A DNA stretch of 62,888 nt, filler included, from Octopus bimaculoides (GCF_001194135.2; 4 parts of 4 records of this genome joined end to end with filler, not necessarily neighbours in it), one strand, 5' to 3'; shown: positions 38,485 through 54,165, counted from the whole stretch's first letter. Numbers and translations are program-made. Notes: generated by a model from the letters alone, not told the origin.

Positions 38485-39226
38485 NNNNNNNNNNNNNNNN
38501 NNNNNNNNNNNNNNNNNNNNNNNNNNNNNNNNNNNNNNNNNNNNNNNNNNNNNNNNNNNNNNNNNNNNNNNNNNNNNNNNNNNNNNNNNNNNNNNNNNNN
38601 NNNNNNNNNNNNNNNNNNNNNNNNNNNNNNNNNNNNNNNNNNNNNNNNNNNNNNNNNNNNNNNNNNNNNNNNNNNNNNNNNNNNNNNNNNNNNNNNNNNN
38701 NNNNNNNNNNNNNNNNNNNNNNNNNNNNNNNNNNNNNNNNNNNNNNNNNNNNNNNNNNNNNNNNNNNNNNNNNNNNNNNNNNNNNNNNNNNNNNNNNNNN
38801 NNNNNNNNNNNNNNNNNNNNNNNNNNNNNNNNNNNNNNNNNNNNNNNNNNNNNNNNNNNNNNNNNNNNNNNNNNNNNNNNNNNNNNNNNNNNNNNNNNNN
38901 NNNNNNNNNNNNNNNNNNNNNNNNNNNNNNNNNNNNNNNNNNNNNNNNNNNNNNNNNNNNNNNATTAATAAACTACAATCTTATATTGTAAATATCAGGC
39001 AATTTGCCTTTCGATTTCATGTTAGGAGTTGAGAAAACTCCCACCAACCATGGGAAAAGTATGAAGAAGTTCTTTCAGTGTTTTTACCAGTGTTTTCTCA
39101 ACACCTGCTATGAAACCGATTGGTAAATTGACTGATGTGTGCGTTTATATATATATAGATAGATAGGTTTGATAGATGGATAGATAGATACATACATACA
39201 TACATACATACATACATACATGCACA

Positions 39227-39272
<46 letters not shown>

Positions 39273-40726
39273 TATGATATAAAATATGTGTATATAATAT
39301 ATTATATTTTATAACTGGTTTCATGTATGTATTCGCACACATACATATACATTCATATATGAACATAATGCATGCATATGGTCATATTTTTGTATATACA
39401 TATATGTAAAAATATATATACATACATACAAACATATATGTTTATGTGTGCGTGTGTGTGTGTACATACAATTATGCATGTTTGTGTGGATATGCTTCAG
39501 TGTGTGCATGTTTGTGTGTATGTATGTGCGTGTATGTGTATGTGCATATGTACGTTTATAACCTGTTTATTTCATTATGGCGTTTGTTATAAATGATGGG
39601 AAACATTATTTGAATTAAAATGACGCAGAATAGTATAGATGATATTTGTAGCAGAACATGTCATCAGACATGATAAGAATGATAATGTTCATATATGAAT
39701 AATATAGATGTTTATAATATATGTTTTCGTTATGTATGTCAGCCTAAGTTTGCTATCTATATATTATGGAAGAAAAATGTCGGCGACAAAATAGATAAAC
39801 AGAGTAAGTCAATGAGATATGAACTCATGGCCTTATACACGCGTCTCTTATCTACTTTTGTATTGCTTCTCATACGTAAGTACACGAAGGAAAAAAATAA
39901 ATATATATCTTTCCATTTTTCGGTGTGTGTGTGTGTGCGTGTGTGTTTGTATGTATGTACTTATATATCGGTACGTGTGAGTGTGTGTTTCTTTATAGAT
40001 GTGTTTGTGTATGCACATGTGTGTGTATTATACCTACATATATATATATATATATATANNNNNNNNNNNNNNNNNNNNNNNNNNNNNNNNNNNNNNNNNN
40101 NNNNNNNNNNNNNNNNNNNNNNNNNNNNNNNNNNNNNNNNNNNNNNNNNNNNNNNNNNNNNNNNNNNNNNNNNNNNNNNNNNNNNNNNNNNNNNNNNNNN
40201 NNNNNNNNNNNNNNNNNNNNNNNNNNNNNNNNNNNNNNNNNNNNNNNNNNNNNNNNNNNNNNNNNNNNNNNNNNNNNNNNNNNNNNNNNNNNNNNNNNNN
40301 NNNNNNNNNNNNNNNNNNNNNNNNNNNNNNNNNNNNNNNNNNNNNNNNNNNNNNNNNNNNNNNNNNNNNNNNNNNNNNNNNNNNNNNNNNNNNNNNNNNN
40401 NNNNNNNTATATATATATATATATATATATATTCACATGTATTTCATATATGGAGATAGATGGGGAGGGAGAGAGAAGGAGAGATAGAGAAATACAGAGG
40501 TACAGTCATATATACATATGTATTTCTTATATATCAGATATATACACACATGTATATATGTATTCATATATATATATGTTTATATATGTGTGTGTGTATA
40601 TATGTATATATACATATGCAGTAAATATATGTGTGTGTGTGTGTGTGTATTAATATACACATATGTACAAGTACGTATATGTATTGTATACATAGATGTG
40701 CGTATATGTTTGTCTGTATGTGCGTT

Positions 40727-40842
<116 letters not shown>

Positions 40843-41679
40843 CAATTTTGTGAAAACCTGCCATTAGCAGATGCCACTATCGATTTGAAAGATTTGGCCA
40901 AAAGATGGTTGAAATAAACAGTTTTTATTACAATGAACATTTCAACATAACAAAACATCTCTTTTGCAATGATATCGAGAATTCTCTAATTTTATTTTTC
41001 TCATTTTACTCTTCGTTTTTCTTTCTTCTTTCTTTTTTTTTTTTCTTTTTCATTTGTTCAAACAATTACTGTAAATAACACTCTTATATTAGTAATTATT
41101 TGTTCGAATGTTATAAGATGCTTTCCCGCATCTAAAATAGATACATTAACTCTACGGACTAAGTAAAGTTCAATCAATAAATCGTGTTTTCATGGTCTGC
41201 ATTGGAAGAAGTCAATGAAATTTAAAAAAAAAAAATATTATATATAGCGAAAAGACGTGAACTGAAGACTCTAAGAAATGTCTATACACAAGAGATAACA
41301 CTAACGGAGAAAAAAATATATATTTTTAAGCATAAACATTTAAAAATAGCACACTTCAAAACACTTTTTAAAAAATGTTTTCTCCTGTAAATGTATTAGA
41401 AGTTGATCAACAACAACTTCATTTAATGGAATCGTTATTCTTTTATTGACGAAATCGCTCACAAGCATATCTTTTTTGTTGGTGGCAATAGATTTATAAA
41501 AATAAGTTGTTTATCTCCCAATACTCGGGTCAATACCGATTTCCAATGTCAGGACGTATTAGCATTATGATTATTACTATTATCGTTACTATTATTGTTA
41601 TTATCATTATTGTTGTTGTTGTTGCTGTTGTTGTTGTTATTTATTATCATTATTATTATTATTGTTGTTGTTGTTGTTG

Positions 41680-41713
<34 letters not shown>

Positions 41714-41752
41714 CTTTATTGTTGTTGTTGTTATTATTATTTATTATTATTA

Positions 41753-41814
<62 letters not shown>

Positions 41815-41874
41815 GCTGTTGTTGCTGCTGATGTTGTTGCAAAAACCAATGAGGATATGTTTAANNNNNNNNNN

Positions 41875-41928
<54 letters not shown>

Positions 41929-42206
41929 GCTGTTGTTGCTGCTGATGTTGTTGCTGCTGATGTTGTTGCAAAAACCAATGAGGATATGTTTAAATACCTG
42001 AGACTTTAGTCATTAGGAGGAGAGAAATGAAGTCACAGTGATCTCTAGGCCGGGTCACATCTCGCAGCTGTACGTTCGAATCCTGCTGAATCTAACTTTC
42101 CCTTCCATTTGTAGAAGTTTAATTAAATTTCAATAAGATATAGAAGTTGGTTCATTTGATTTTACACACATGCACACACACACATGCACGCACACACAGA
42201 AACACA

Positions 42207-42242
<36 letters not shown>

Positions 42243-45200
42243 CGCGCACATATATACAGAGTGTGTGTGTGTATATTTATGTGTGTATGTATGCATACAC
42301 TTATAGATATGAATACATATATGTGGGTATGTTTCAGATATGCATACATGTATCTTCATGTGTGTGTGCATGAGTGTGTGTGAGTGTGTGTGTGAGCGTG
42401 TATGTGTGTATATGTGTGTGTGCGTGTGTGTACGTATGTGTGTGTTTGTGTGTGTGTGTAAGCTTGTGCAAGTGTGTGTGTATGTATGCATTCAGTATAT
42501 ACCTGACTATCTTAATATATGTAAAATACATACTTTGATTTATCTAAAGAGTATTCTTTAGACACTTTAAAATACTGCGCTCTTGAGATTTCAAACTTCA
42601 GTTTGAAAATGAGAAAAGGGTATTAATATAAAAGCAATTATTGTTTTTCGGGGTTTTCAGATTTGATGTTCGTTTTCTAAGTAATCCAAAATTTTTCATA
42701 CCAATTTCCCTTCAAAATAACACTTCTGCTTTCCTATTTTCTCTTAAGTGTTTTCTTACATATCGATACAAAGAAAAGAAATTGCTTATAATTTTCCTTC
42801 CCAATCTAGATTTGAACGTAACGCATTGATCTTCAAATATCTATCGTTTGCTGGTGTGCAGAAGCAACGGTGAAAGCATATTTTATGGATTTATTGTTTT
42901 TATTCACCGGTAATATTGATTTTTTTTAAATTATGTATAGAACATCCACACACGAGAAACCTGCCGCACTTACGCACAGAAATCTATGGGGGAATTCACA
43001 GATGTTTTGGAAAATTAAAAAGTTATTTGTGATCAAACAAAATCAAATGCAAATTTATTCATTTTCCTTATTCATAGATTGACAAATTGTTTGTTCCTTA
43101 ATATTATAGCCAAATTTGAAAGCAGTGGCCTATGCAGAATTTTTGTTGTTATTTAATTTATCATTTTGGTCAGTTTTTATGTGACCCTGACAAAGATTGA
43201 TTTTCTATATTGAGAAAGCATACTGGTCAATTGCTCTAGATTTTAAGAAACATCTCTATAAAACATGAAATATTCAATAGATCTCTATATTATTTACATG
43301 TATCATAATCTTGTCCCTTGTATTACTAGTAAAGTGTCCGGCTTTCAAAAGTAGTTTCATTCAACATAGTTTGATATGCCCAACACATTTTTCTGATAAA
43401 TTCTTTGTTTTGGGGATCGATTCAATAACCTGGACAATCTAAAAGTCTAGCAGATTCGTTAGAGCGAATCGGACAGAATCATTCGTGGTGTTTGTTCCAA
43501 ATTCCTGTACTCTGAGTTCAAATATCACCGAAGTCGACATTGCCGTTCTGCCTTACGGAATCGATAAACAAAGCACCAACTCGAAGTGGTAGATTAGCTG
43601 TAAAAATGTTGGACCGGTTGCCATGCAGTATTTGTTCAGGCTCTTTGCGTCCTGAATTCAAATGCCATCATGGCCTACTTGGACAACAGACGTAAGCCAT
43701 CGCACGATTTAACCTACGATCTGGCACCTTACGTATATATAGCAAAGTCCGCTCTGAATGCAATCTTTCTATTCAAGTCTCCATTTGAGAATACCTTTTT
43801 CTTCACACCTACCAGTCTCGGAGACCCTGTAAAGGGTCATTAGTACTTGCTGAGATCTTCACTGAAGGAGAAAGTCATTTCTGTACTGGTTTACTGAGAA
43901 TTTCGTGAGTATGAGAGTAGCAAACAAGAAAATGCACAGCAAAAGTTAATTTCAGCACAACTGCTGTATATTTTCTTTAAACAAATGGTTACTACTAACA
44001 GATGCAGTATGATTGTATTGACACATTTAACAGCTGTAGCTCGAAATTAGATCTGTTGCCAATATTCGTAAGATGCGAATATCAGTTTTTACATGTCGCA
44101 TGCATTTGGTGTGCTATACCTGCTAACATAGATACAAGCCATATATTTTGCCGGAGGGTGCAATCAATTAAATCTTTTAATTCGTCACCAGGAGTAAGAA
44201 ATATAACGATGACTCTGATGTGTTTTGTACTTAGAAACTGAATACCGGAATATATTTTATCGATCACTCAAATGATTCAGTCAATTCTACTACTCTTTTG
44301 TAGGACCATACTAGCATTAGCATAAAAGAATATATAATATTTCCATAATATATTGATAACAGGGTCGTGAAATGTCAGAAACGATAGAGTGCGATATAGT
44401 TGAGAACCAGTCAAGAAATGTCGATGATTCAATCGACTCTACCTATCAAGTATTTCTAGTTGTGAGCTATTTTTAGAAATCAATATCTGGAATAAGGGCT
44501 CTTTGTCAACTTCAGCAAAGTGGAATGGATCAAACTGAAATCAATTAAGTTATTGAACTCTCTAACCTACTTTTATAACATAACGCTCGAAACTTTCTGT
44601 AGAAATATAAAATACTTATTATATTTCTCTGAATGAATATCTCATACAAATCATAATGAAAATTTCTAGGCGTATAGCTAAAATACAAAAGATGACAGAT
44701 GAAAAGCGCGAAATGCGGGAAGGAAATGAGGGATACCAAAAGTGAAAGTAGAGAGATAAAGTGGGTGTATATACAGAGCGATAAACACGTTCAGAGAAAA
44801 AGGAAAAGGACAAGACAAGAGAAGAAAAGGGGAAGAGAGAAAGAGAGAGGGAGAACATCCTGTGAAATTTGAGAAGGCAAAGGAGACTGACATTTTGTTG
44901 ACGGATGACACGACATTCCATTGAAAGACATGAATTAGATATTTTTGAAAGAACGTTTGCTCAAGTAAACAACGAAAAAATTTTATTCCATCGTTGAAAA
45001 TGTTTGTTACCACTGTCAAACCATTAAACTCCCAAGACGTCTTTGTTTACATAAAGCGATGTGGCAGAGAGGAAGCGAAGCGAAATCTTCTAATGACGCC
45101 ATTTTTCCCTTCAATAGATTCCGATGTCTTCCACCCATATCTTTTCAACTTATAAACTGTTTCACCACATAGGATGTCAATACCATTGCTGTTAATGATA

Positions 45201-45311
45201 AGATGAGTAAACTGATATTCGAGTTATCAACTTGGACTCGCCTATTCTCCTGAGTATGTATCCCTGCCACCTAAATATCAGTTACTTAAACAATTTTGAC
45301 CTTCTTTCTAG

Positions 45312-45364
45312 TTCTTCCGGGTTCAGATCATGTACTTTCAAAGTTTGCCAGGGGTCCGTCGCCC
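45312..45364 (+). CDS. Candidate internal exon (frame undetermined)
   Basis: Acceptor ttttgaccttctttctag and donor CCC|GTAGGT. All three frames are open; one reads LPGSDHVLSKFARGPSP. Confidence 0.25.
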
Positions 45365-45594
45365 GTAGGTATTTTAGAATGCGTTTAATCTTTCAACAAT
45401 TTTAGTCGTTAGACTGCGGTCATGCTGGGGCACAAACTTGAAGGATTTAATCGAATTAATGACCCCAGTAGTTATTCTTTTAAAGTGTGCTACTCATTCT
45501 ATCGTTCGCTTTTATCGAACCACTGAATTACGGGTGCGTAAACAAGCTGACACCTGCTGTCTAGCCAACAGGCACAAATACACACACGCATACA

Positions 45595-45628
<34 letters not shown>

Positions 45629-45638
45629 NNNNNNNNNN

Positions 45639-45698
<60 letters not shown>

Positions 45699-46200
45699 GG
45701 CTCGTTAGAACGTTGGACAATATACCTTACGGTATTTGTTCCGGTTCCTTACATTCTGAGTTCAAACCCCGCGTCGGCTATTTTTGTTTTTCATTCTTCC
45801 GGAGTCGATAAAATAAAGCAACTATCAAGTACTAGCATCAGTTTAATAGATTATTCACTCTCTCTAGATTGTTTGCTTTGTCCCAATCATCATCACTATT
45901 AATATCCTATTGCAGGTACCTGTACTCTATTCTAGTATAACTTTTGTATAATTTTGAAGTAGACTAGAATTAGTTATACTCCTTTCTTTGTCTTTTACTT
46001 CCTAGAAAGTGTCTACACAGTGCAAGGACACTTCCTCGGATTGTTAACTTCTAAACTTCAATTACAGAAGCTTTCCAAGGCAATTCAATTTTACTCCCAC
46101 ACACAGCCTCACAACTATTTGCACTAATATGACAATTGACCAATTAGAACAATTTTTATGCTCTTATCTCATGTGCACGCTCTTTCAATTTCTAAGATAT

Positions 46201-46265
<65 letters not shown>

Positions 46266-49019
46266 TGTACATGTGCGTGTGTGTGTGTGTGTGTGTGTTT
46301 GGAGACTTGTATACAAGATGTTGATGTTCTTCACTATATGTATCTGAATATCCCAGTAAACCATATCATTTTCAATTCTTATTAGAGTCGTTGAGACACA
46401 CTTATACCGTTTGCAAATGGCGCCTTCATTTACATGCAAATCTTCCTTTTGAGATAGGAAGCAATCCTGTGTTGTATTCTGATGTAATCTGTTGTAACCA
46501 GTGAAAGGAATTCGGCTAGAATTTGACCGACGGTCTTATCCGAAGTCAACACATGCATCGTTTCATTTGATATTCTTATTAAGAACACACTTCTGGTAAT
46601 GTCTAGATGAGAGAGTGGCAGGATGAGTCCTGATTTAAAACCCTCAGTATCCCCTTTCAGTAACGATCAGATGTGACGCTTATCTGTCGCTATCAGCTTT
46701 ATGAACGCTGTCATTTTGAAACTTGTTCGTAGAGAGGCCTCCATTCCTATGCTGTTTTTTCCCTCGAATACTTTCTGATAACTTTTTTCTTTAGTTCTAT
46801 ATTTATCTTCTTTTTTCCTATTCGAACCACGGGTTTTTTTTTATAAAAACATTCAAATATCAAGTAGACTGACATCGTCATTTTTAGCTGTAATAAAAAT
46901 TAACTAGCTTCAATAATTACCCTCAAATCATCAAATATATCAGTAAAGTTCATGGAAGAAGGAGTGTATCATAATTAAATTTTCACACATCACGACTTTC
47001 GAGTATTTCAGTCTTTATACTATATAGAAAGTAATAATTGTTACAAACAAATAAATATTCCTATGAATTCGAATCTAATTCTATCTTTGATTCAATCAAG
47101 CGCAACGATTGGAAGCTCTTAAAATTAGTAGCAGTAATATTCTGATAAGAGACGCAATTAATTACATCTTCTGCTTCATAACAAATGGCCAGGCACCTAT
47201 CAAAAGGAATCAATATGATATTGATGTTAGAGAATTGAGAATCTAGACTTCTGCATTCAGAACAAGACACCAAAGCATAGTTACAAAAATATCACGGTTC
47301 CCCAAATAAAATTAGTGATGGCAAAGTATTTTTAAGTGAATAATTTATACACTTAAATCGTGCATATTTTCAACCATTCTTTTCTTCGTTTGATGCTTAA
47401 CCAAGCCAATTAGAAATGCACAAAAGGAATTAAATTTTACTCAATCATAGCCGGTGAGAAACACGAACAATAGCTCTCTTTTCGCAGGAAATTATCAAGA
47501 TATGGAAGGATGAGTAATTCCTGTGAGTAAATCATTTTGATTTACTAAAATTCAAGCAATGGATCACGGGGGTCTTTTCCAGGTTTTATAAAACCTTTAA
47601 ATTATTCTGTCTCGCTGATTTCATTGCAACAGTAATTGGTCTGAGAGAATGACATCCTACCAGTGAACTCAATCAGAGTTGACCTGAGCTAAACAACTGA
47701 AGCTGTTGCCTCCTAACGAGATTAATCTATCTCTGACAAATTACCCTATTTTAAAGCTACGCAAGCGTAGATCGATTCTTAGATACCTATTCCTACTGCC
47801 ACACAGTTTTCATTCCATCTTAATCATGCAAACTATATACATCAAACAAGTTGTTAGTCTTATATACAGAAACTATATCAAGTTCTCGGTAAAATTCCTT
47901 TACATATACCAAAAAATCCATTACAAAATTACAGAAATAACTTGTTCATTTGCATTTGTTATTGTTATTTTTCCATTCTGTTTTTTTTTTGTTTCTTTTT
48001 GTTTTGTTGTGTTTTTTTTTATTTTTCATGTTAGAAAATAACCAACACTGGCACGCCTATCTGAACAGCCGACATTACACACTCTCAAGTGTCTGAAGGA
48101 AAATAGTTTCTTAATTGGTCGAGTTTTAGGTTTCTCATAAACTTTTTCGTATCCAGACACTTCGGCACATATCCAATATCAGTTAGTAAACTATGATTAT
48201 CTTTACAATGTTTAGTTTTCCATAACTACCAGTACCCGCTCTAGGTCACACCCATCCTATTTATACACAATCTTCATAATTATTTAGTTTGTTTATTCTA
48301 TTATTTATGCCAGAAAAGAAAAAAAGAAAAACCAATACCCCATCCTCAGATCAATTTGTTTCGATAAAAATGATATATTTAGTAAGTATATTTAGTTTGT
48401 GAAACTATTGTGTTTTTACTTTTGTAAAACATAAAGCTGTAAATTACGGCTTTTCATTGTTCTTAATTTGTAGGTTGGCGTCTAAAAATTACAATTGCTT
48501 CAAACAGTTATTTGTTTATGGGACAAAATCTGAAGTAAATTGGATCATCTTTGATTGAAGAAGGGGAGGTTTTTGCGCATCAAAGAATCATCTCGCCACT
48601 AATCTCAAACTAGGAGTAGTCGCAAAACGGCGAAATGAGTTATTATAATTTGGTGTGGGCTAAACGCAAAGTCTATACAATGCTACTGAAATCAATTAAA
48701 ATATTTATTTACAATGCTTCAGAATGCATCTAAAATAATTTTTTCTACCATAGATGCGAGGCCTGTTTTTTGTTTTTTTGTTTTTTTGTTTTTTGAGAGG
48801 GGGAAGTTGATTAAATCCACACCAGTGTTCAACTCGTATTTATTTTGTCATTGGACCCCAAAGGGATGAAAGGCAAATTCGACCTCAGGAGCATGGAATG
48901 TATCTGAAATAATGCAAATAATCAAACAAATCTGTGGAAGAAAATTCACCCAAAATTAACCATTAGACACTGCATTGTGACCCACATGCTATTAGAGTGC
49001 TCCGAAAAAATTTAGTACT

Positions 49020-49480
49020 TAGACATTTTTAATGGTTTTGTCGATCTGGAGGACAAAATAGTGCCCATGTCTGTTGCAGGCTTACCGAAATGGGAGAGAA
49101 CGGCTTCTAGGGAAGAGCTTCAAGAAAAACGTGGCGAGTAAGAGAGTTCTAGTGGGAAGGATTAACTAAAGTAATTAGTGCGGGACCTATTGGTGAACTC
49201 AGTATGGATAGCGAGGTAAGGGGAAATGAGTGTATCGATACGATTTGAAAGGAATATGATATAAGATCACCTTCCTATGAAAAGTTTAGATCTCTGTTGT
49301 ATCAAAGGAGACAGAAAGTCTGTGATCAGAGGTCGGAGCGTGTCTGAGAGCGAGTTCATGCAAATCAGTCAAATAATCATTTGCTGGAAGAGCGGTCGTT
49401 TTTATATATAGTAGTGTCATCACTGTAGATATTGGAGAAGTATTCCAATAAGAGGCTCACTTGAGCATTAAAATAAGTTT
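49020..49480 (-). mobile_element. Heavily decayed CR1-like LINE RT C-terminal half
   Basis: SNIYSDDTTIY (a YADD-like motif) is followed in other frames by VSFDTTE and LSILSS-like pieces in the expected order, with many stops. Confidence 0.4.
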
Positions 49481-50118
49481 AGTGTTTGTTAGGGGCTGAC
49501 ATACTTTCTGGCTCTGGAGAGAAAGTCAAGTCTCTGTGATTCAGTCTCTTTTTATGTTGAGACATGATGCTTCTCACCAACAATCAATTGATATGTTGAC
49601 TTCCGTCGACATTAGTTTGTGTAAAAGACATAGCTACAAGTATTTCACTCGAACTATTTTAAGTCCAATATACACAAATAGCGATGTAGTAGATAGTTAT
49701 ATCTGAATGGCTTCATAAGAACCCATCAATGCATGAATAGGAGTTGTGTGTTGCTACACTCAATTATTCCAAACCAGGTTCGGAAAGAGACCATCCGGTT
49801 GATGAGCAAAGACTGTCTTACCAGCGAGCTGCAGCCGCTTATCGATCATTGAGACATTTCTACTCTATCTCTGATACACAACTAAAACCACTCATACACT
49901 TCTAAACCAGAGATTTCTACACCATCTCCACCCAAACCGACCGAATCACCGGTTCACTACATCATCTTAATATAACTCAATACCAAACCGAGTACTTAAT
50001 ACAATCAATAAAAAATAAGTTTAGTTGCTGCTCATCAAGGCTCTTAAAAATGTCGAAGTAGAATCTCGTATTGTCCATTTCAATACCATTAAAGGATGCT
50101 TTGTAAGCATACATATGC

Positions 50119-50227
50119 TTGTACCCATAGAATGTGTACCCATAGAATGCATACAGATTCCATGTGTACCCATGGAATGGGTACCCTGTGTACCCATAGA
50201 ATGTGTACCCTGTGTACCCATAGAATG
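50119..50227. repeat. Minisatellite, ~15-bp unit tgtgtacccatagaa with truncated 9-bp units
   Basis: Seen directly; about seven full or partial units. Confidence 0.85.
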
Positions 50228-50418
50228 AATCTGTATTCATTCTATGGATGCAGTTTTGCTATCTTGCATCTTCTCCCTTAAGTGTTCACCAGCTTCACGT
50301 CGCTTCTTTCTTGTTCCCATTTCTCGAGATCTCTCTTTCTTTTTCCTGCGATCTACTGTTCATGTTGAGTACATCTCTATGAATTTCTATTGTGAAAGTC
50401 TTTTCCATGTGAAATACT

Positions 50419-50449
50419 GGGTGCGACTTATATACGAGTAAATTCAGTA
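50419..50449. mobile_element. pogo/Tigger-like terminal inverted repeat (solo)
   Basis: The reverse complement tactgaatttactcgtatataagtcgcaccc resembles pogo-type termini and abuts TA. No partner TIR was found. Confidence 0.4.
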
Positions 50450-51629
50450 TATATATACATGAGCATTTCCTCTAGTGGTCGCAGGTATTACAAGAGAGAT
50501 AATCATTTCTCCGTAATATTTGGTGTGGTTTGAATTCTGAATTTGAAATTAAGGAATAAGGAAAAAGACGTACAGAATTCAAATATTTAATATTTTTCTT
50601 ACTTATGAAGGTCTTAAAATTTCTAGTGTATAGGTGTGACTTCTTCACGCATTTGTGTTTATATGTGTGTGTGTGTGTGTNNNNNNNNNNNNNNNNNNNN
50701 NNNNNNNNNNNNNNNNNNNNNNNNTTAATTAATTAANNNNNNNNNNNNNNNNNNNNNNNNNNNNNNNNNNNNNNNNNNNNTCTTTATGTTGCCTGTCTCG
50801 TTTCTCATTTTATTCATGTTTTTTTTTTGAGAGAGAGAGAGAGAGAGATGTGTGTGTGTGTGTGTGTTCATATAATGATATCTACCCAATGTATTGGTAA
50901 GATAAAATATGTAATCGTTACCAAAATAGCAAAAATTCGTCCACAAAGGTCTATAGTAAACTCCTTATGGATCGATCTCCTTGGTTATATATCAAAAATT
51001 TTAATAAGATAATAAATTTTAATATAAATGGATATTAGCGTTAAAACTCTTATTTAAATTTTTGATATATATATATATATATATAACAGCTTTAATTAAT
51101 TTTCGAACCTTATTGTGTTTTCTTCAATGGGTCTGCATCAATTTGACCAATCTCATAGAAACAAGTAGCCAATCTGTTTATTTAATCAACAGTTCCAGTA
51201 GCTACACAGAACTGGAGCTGCTTCGATTCCACTGCGCTGCATATCGAACAACCTCCCTTTTACTTCGCTTCGATTCGATCTAAACTTTCTGAGTTAAAAT
51301 GGGTAGACAGAAGCTGAATAAAAGTCCATTGAATGGAGTAAATCTACAATTCTAAGAGCTAGCATTTGTAACTGTGTCACGCTAGTTCTTCATGTGGACA
51401 AAGCTTTACGGGTACACGTATCTGTGCAGTGCTCAGCCAATTCACTTACTGAGCCAATGAGTAGGTAACTCAATTGGCTGGAACCTAGAATATCCATTTA
51501 CTTACTGGAATGTAACAGAGAAACTGTGTGTATGTATGTATGCATTTGTGCGTGAAGGTTACAGTATATGCGCACACGTATATGGCAAATTGTATATAAC
51601 AGTCAGAGAAGGGTAATCAAAGTGAGTAA

Positions 51630-51687
<58 letters not shown>

Positions 51688-53122
51688 NNNNNNNNNNNNN
51701 NNNNNNNNNNNNNNNNNNNNNNNNNNNNNNNNNNNNNNNNNNNNNNNNNNNNNNNNNNNNNNNNNNNNNNNNNNNNNNNNNNNNNNNNNNNNNNNNNNNN
51801 NNNNNNNNNNNNNNNNNNNNNNNNNNNNNNNNNNNNNNNNNNNNNNNNNNNNNNNNNNNNNNNNNNNNNNNNNNNNNNNNNNNNNNNNNNNNNNNNNNNN
51901 NNNNNNNNNNNNNNNNNNNNNNNNNNNNNNNNNNNNNNNNNNNNNNNNNNNNNNNNNNNNNNNNNNNNNNNNNNNNNNNNNNNNNNNNNNNNNNNNNNNN
52001 NNNNNNNNNNNNNNNNNNNNNNNNNNNNNNNNNNNNNNNNNNNNNNNNNNNNNNNNNNNNNNNNNNNNNNNNNNNNNNNNNNNNNNNNNNNNNNNNNNNN
52101 NNNNNNNNNNNNNNNNNNNNNNNNNNNNNNNNNNNNNNNNNNNNNNNNNNNNNNNNNNNNNNNNNNNNNNNNNNNNNNNNNNNNNNNNNNNNNNNNNNNN
52201 NNNNNNNNNNNNNNNNNNNNNNNNNNNNNNNNNNNNNNNNNNNNNNNNNNNNNNNNNNNNNNNNNNNNNNNNNNNNNNNNNNNNNNNNNNNNNNNNNNNA
52301 TATATATATATATAGAATAAACACGTATACAGCTTGAAATATGCATACGCACGTACGCAGCCATTCATACAGATACACATAATGCACGCAGATGCAAATA
52401 CATTCATTGCTGTTGGGCATGCACACACGCATGCGCACACACACATACATATACGTCCAACTTTATTGCTATATGTGCAAATACATACATGTAAGTATGC
52501 AACTTTAGTGCTAGACATATACACACAGTCGGCTCTGTATTATACATTCATACACACACGTACACATACATACACATACTCTCACATAACATATATATTC
52601 ACATACAGATACTCACTCACACACGACGTTAGACATAAAATAAACGGTTTCCATTGGTACTCGATAAACTGAATTCCTGACGCGTTGAATTTTCGTGTAT
52701 GCAGCTGAGTATCCCGGAAGTAGAAGTCCCTTAACGTGACACTTAAGTGGGATCAGCATGACATAATGTGACAAGGCAGGACCTTCGAATTACGAGCATA
52801 ATCCATTCGACGGTCTTCCGCACAGTTTTACTCAAAAAGGCAGGAGTCGAGCGAAAACGGTGGTAAACGACGCATCCATTAGGATGCCACGCAATAGAAT
52901 CACAGCTGAAAACCACGTAATTGCGCAGCAAGTTTCTTAGCCGTTCGGCAATGATGTGTCCACTCACACATATACACATTCTTACACGTGCACACACACG
53001 CACGTACGAACGCACAAACTCACACACGCACACACGCACGTACACACACACGCACACGCACGTACACACACGCGCGCATGCACACACGCACGCACGCACA
53101 CATTCAAACATAGTATTATTTC

Positions 53123-53407
53123 TTTTTCTTTTACTTTTACTTGTTTCAGTCATTAGATTGCAACCATGTTGGGGAACCCCCCTGAAAAATTTTTTAATCG
53201 AATAAACCGACCCCAGTACTCATTTTTTTAAAGCCTAGTGTTTATTCTATCGTTCTCTATTACCGAACCACCAAGTTATGGGGATGTAAACACACCAACA
53301 CCGGTTGCCAATCGGTAGTGGAACACACAGGACAGAGACACAGATACGGACACAGAGACACAGATACGGACATACACACATACACACACACATACTTACA
53401 CACACAT

Positions 53408-53478
<71 letters not shown>

Positions 53479-53638
53479 TACGACGGGCTTCTATCAGTTT
53501 CCATCTACCAAATCCACTCACAAGGCTTTGGTCAGCCCGAGGCTATAATAGAAGACACTTGCCCAAGGTTCCACGCAGTGGCACTAAACCGTGAACAGTG
53601 TGGTTGGGAAGAAATCTTTTTACCACACAGCCACGCCT
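53123..53638 (-). mobile_element. SINE family A, full length with internal (GATA)n
   Basis: Head, core and tail are homologous to the other family A copies; CpGs are mostly retained. Confidence 0.85.
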
Positions 53639-54119
53639 ACACCCATAATGTATATATGTCTAGCACTTTTTGCTGTTAGACAAATATACGCAAGTACTAA
53701 CGGGTACTTTTCCACAGGGTACGACAGATAAACCTCATATTTTACACGGCTGTTGGTGTGGCGCTAATGATATTAGGCAGATGGTTATGGTGTCTTCATG
53801 TGATGGATGTTTATGAAGGGTTTTTTTTCCAGATTTTGACTGGTGGAAGCTGTAAGCTAACTGTTGAAACGTTTGTCAGCTGGTAAAACAAAGAAGGTTT
53901 TTTTTATTATTGCAGCCTGTATTAAACATACACATTTACACAGACATACGGTAGTGGTCTCAAACATTCCTACATACTCATAGTGTGTTAGACATACGTA
54001 CGTATTTAGTTCGAATTCAATACTTCGATGAGGTGGTCAGAATACGACCGAAACATACCTGGTGTTATCTCCTATATTTGTCAGCAAAATGGCTGACATG
54101 ATTTCATTTAATTATGCAT

Positions 54120-54165
<46 letters not shown>

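Noticed and set aside
47170-47225. IILIPFDRCLAIC, resembling the DRY region of class A GPCRs
   Set aside because: No flanking transmembrane segments in any frame; the match is too short to exceed chance.
50119-50227. Short direct repeats that could suggest a CRISPR-like array
   Set aside because: The units are contiguous with no unique spacers and the context is eukaryotic; this is a minisatellite.
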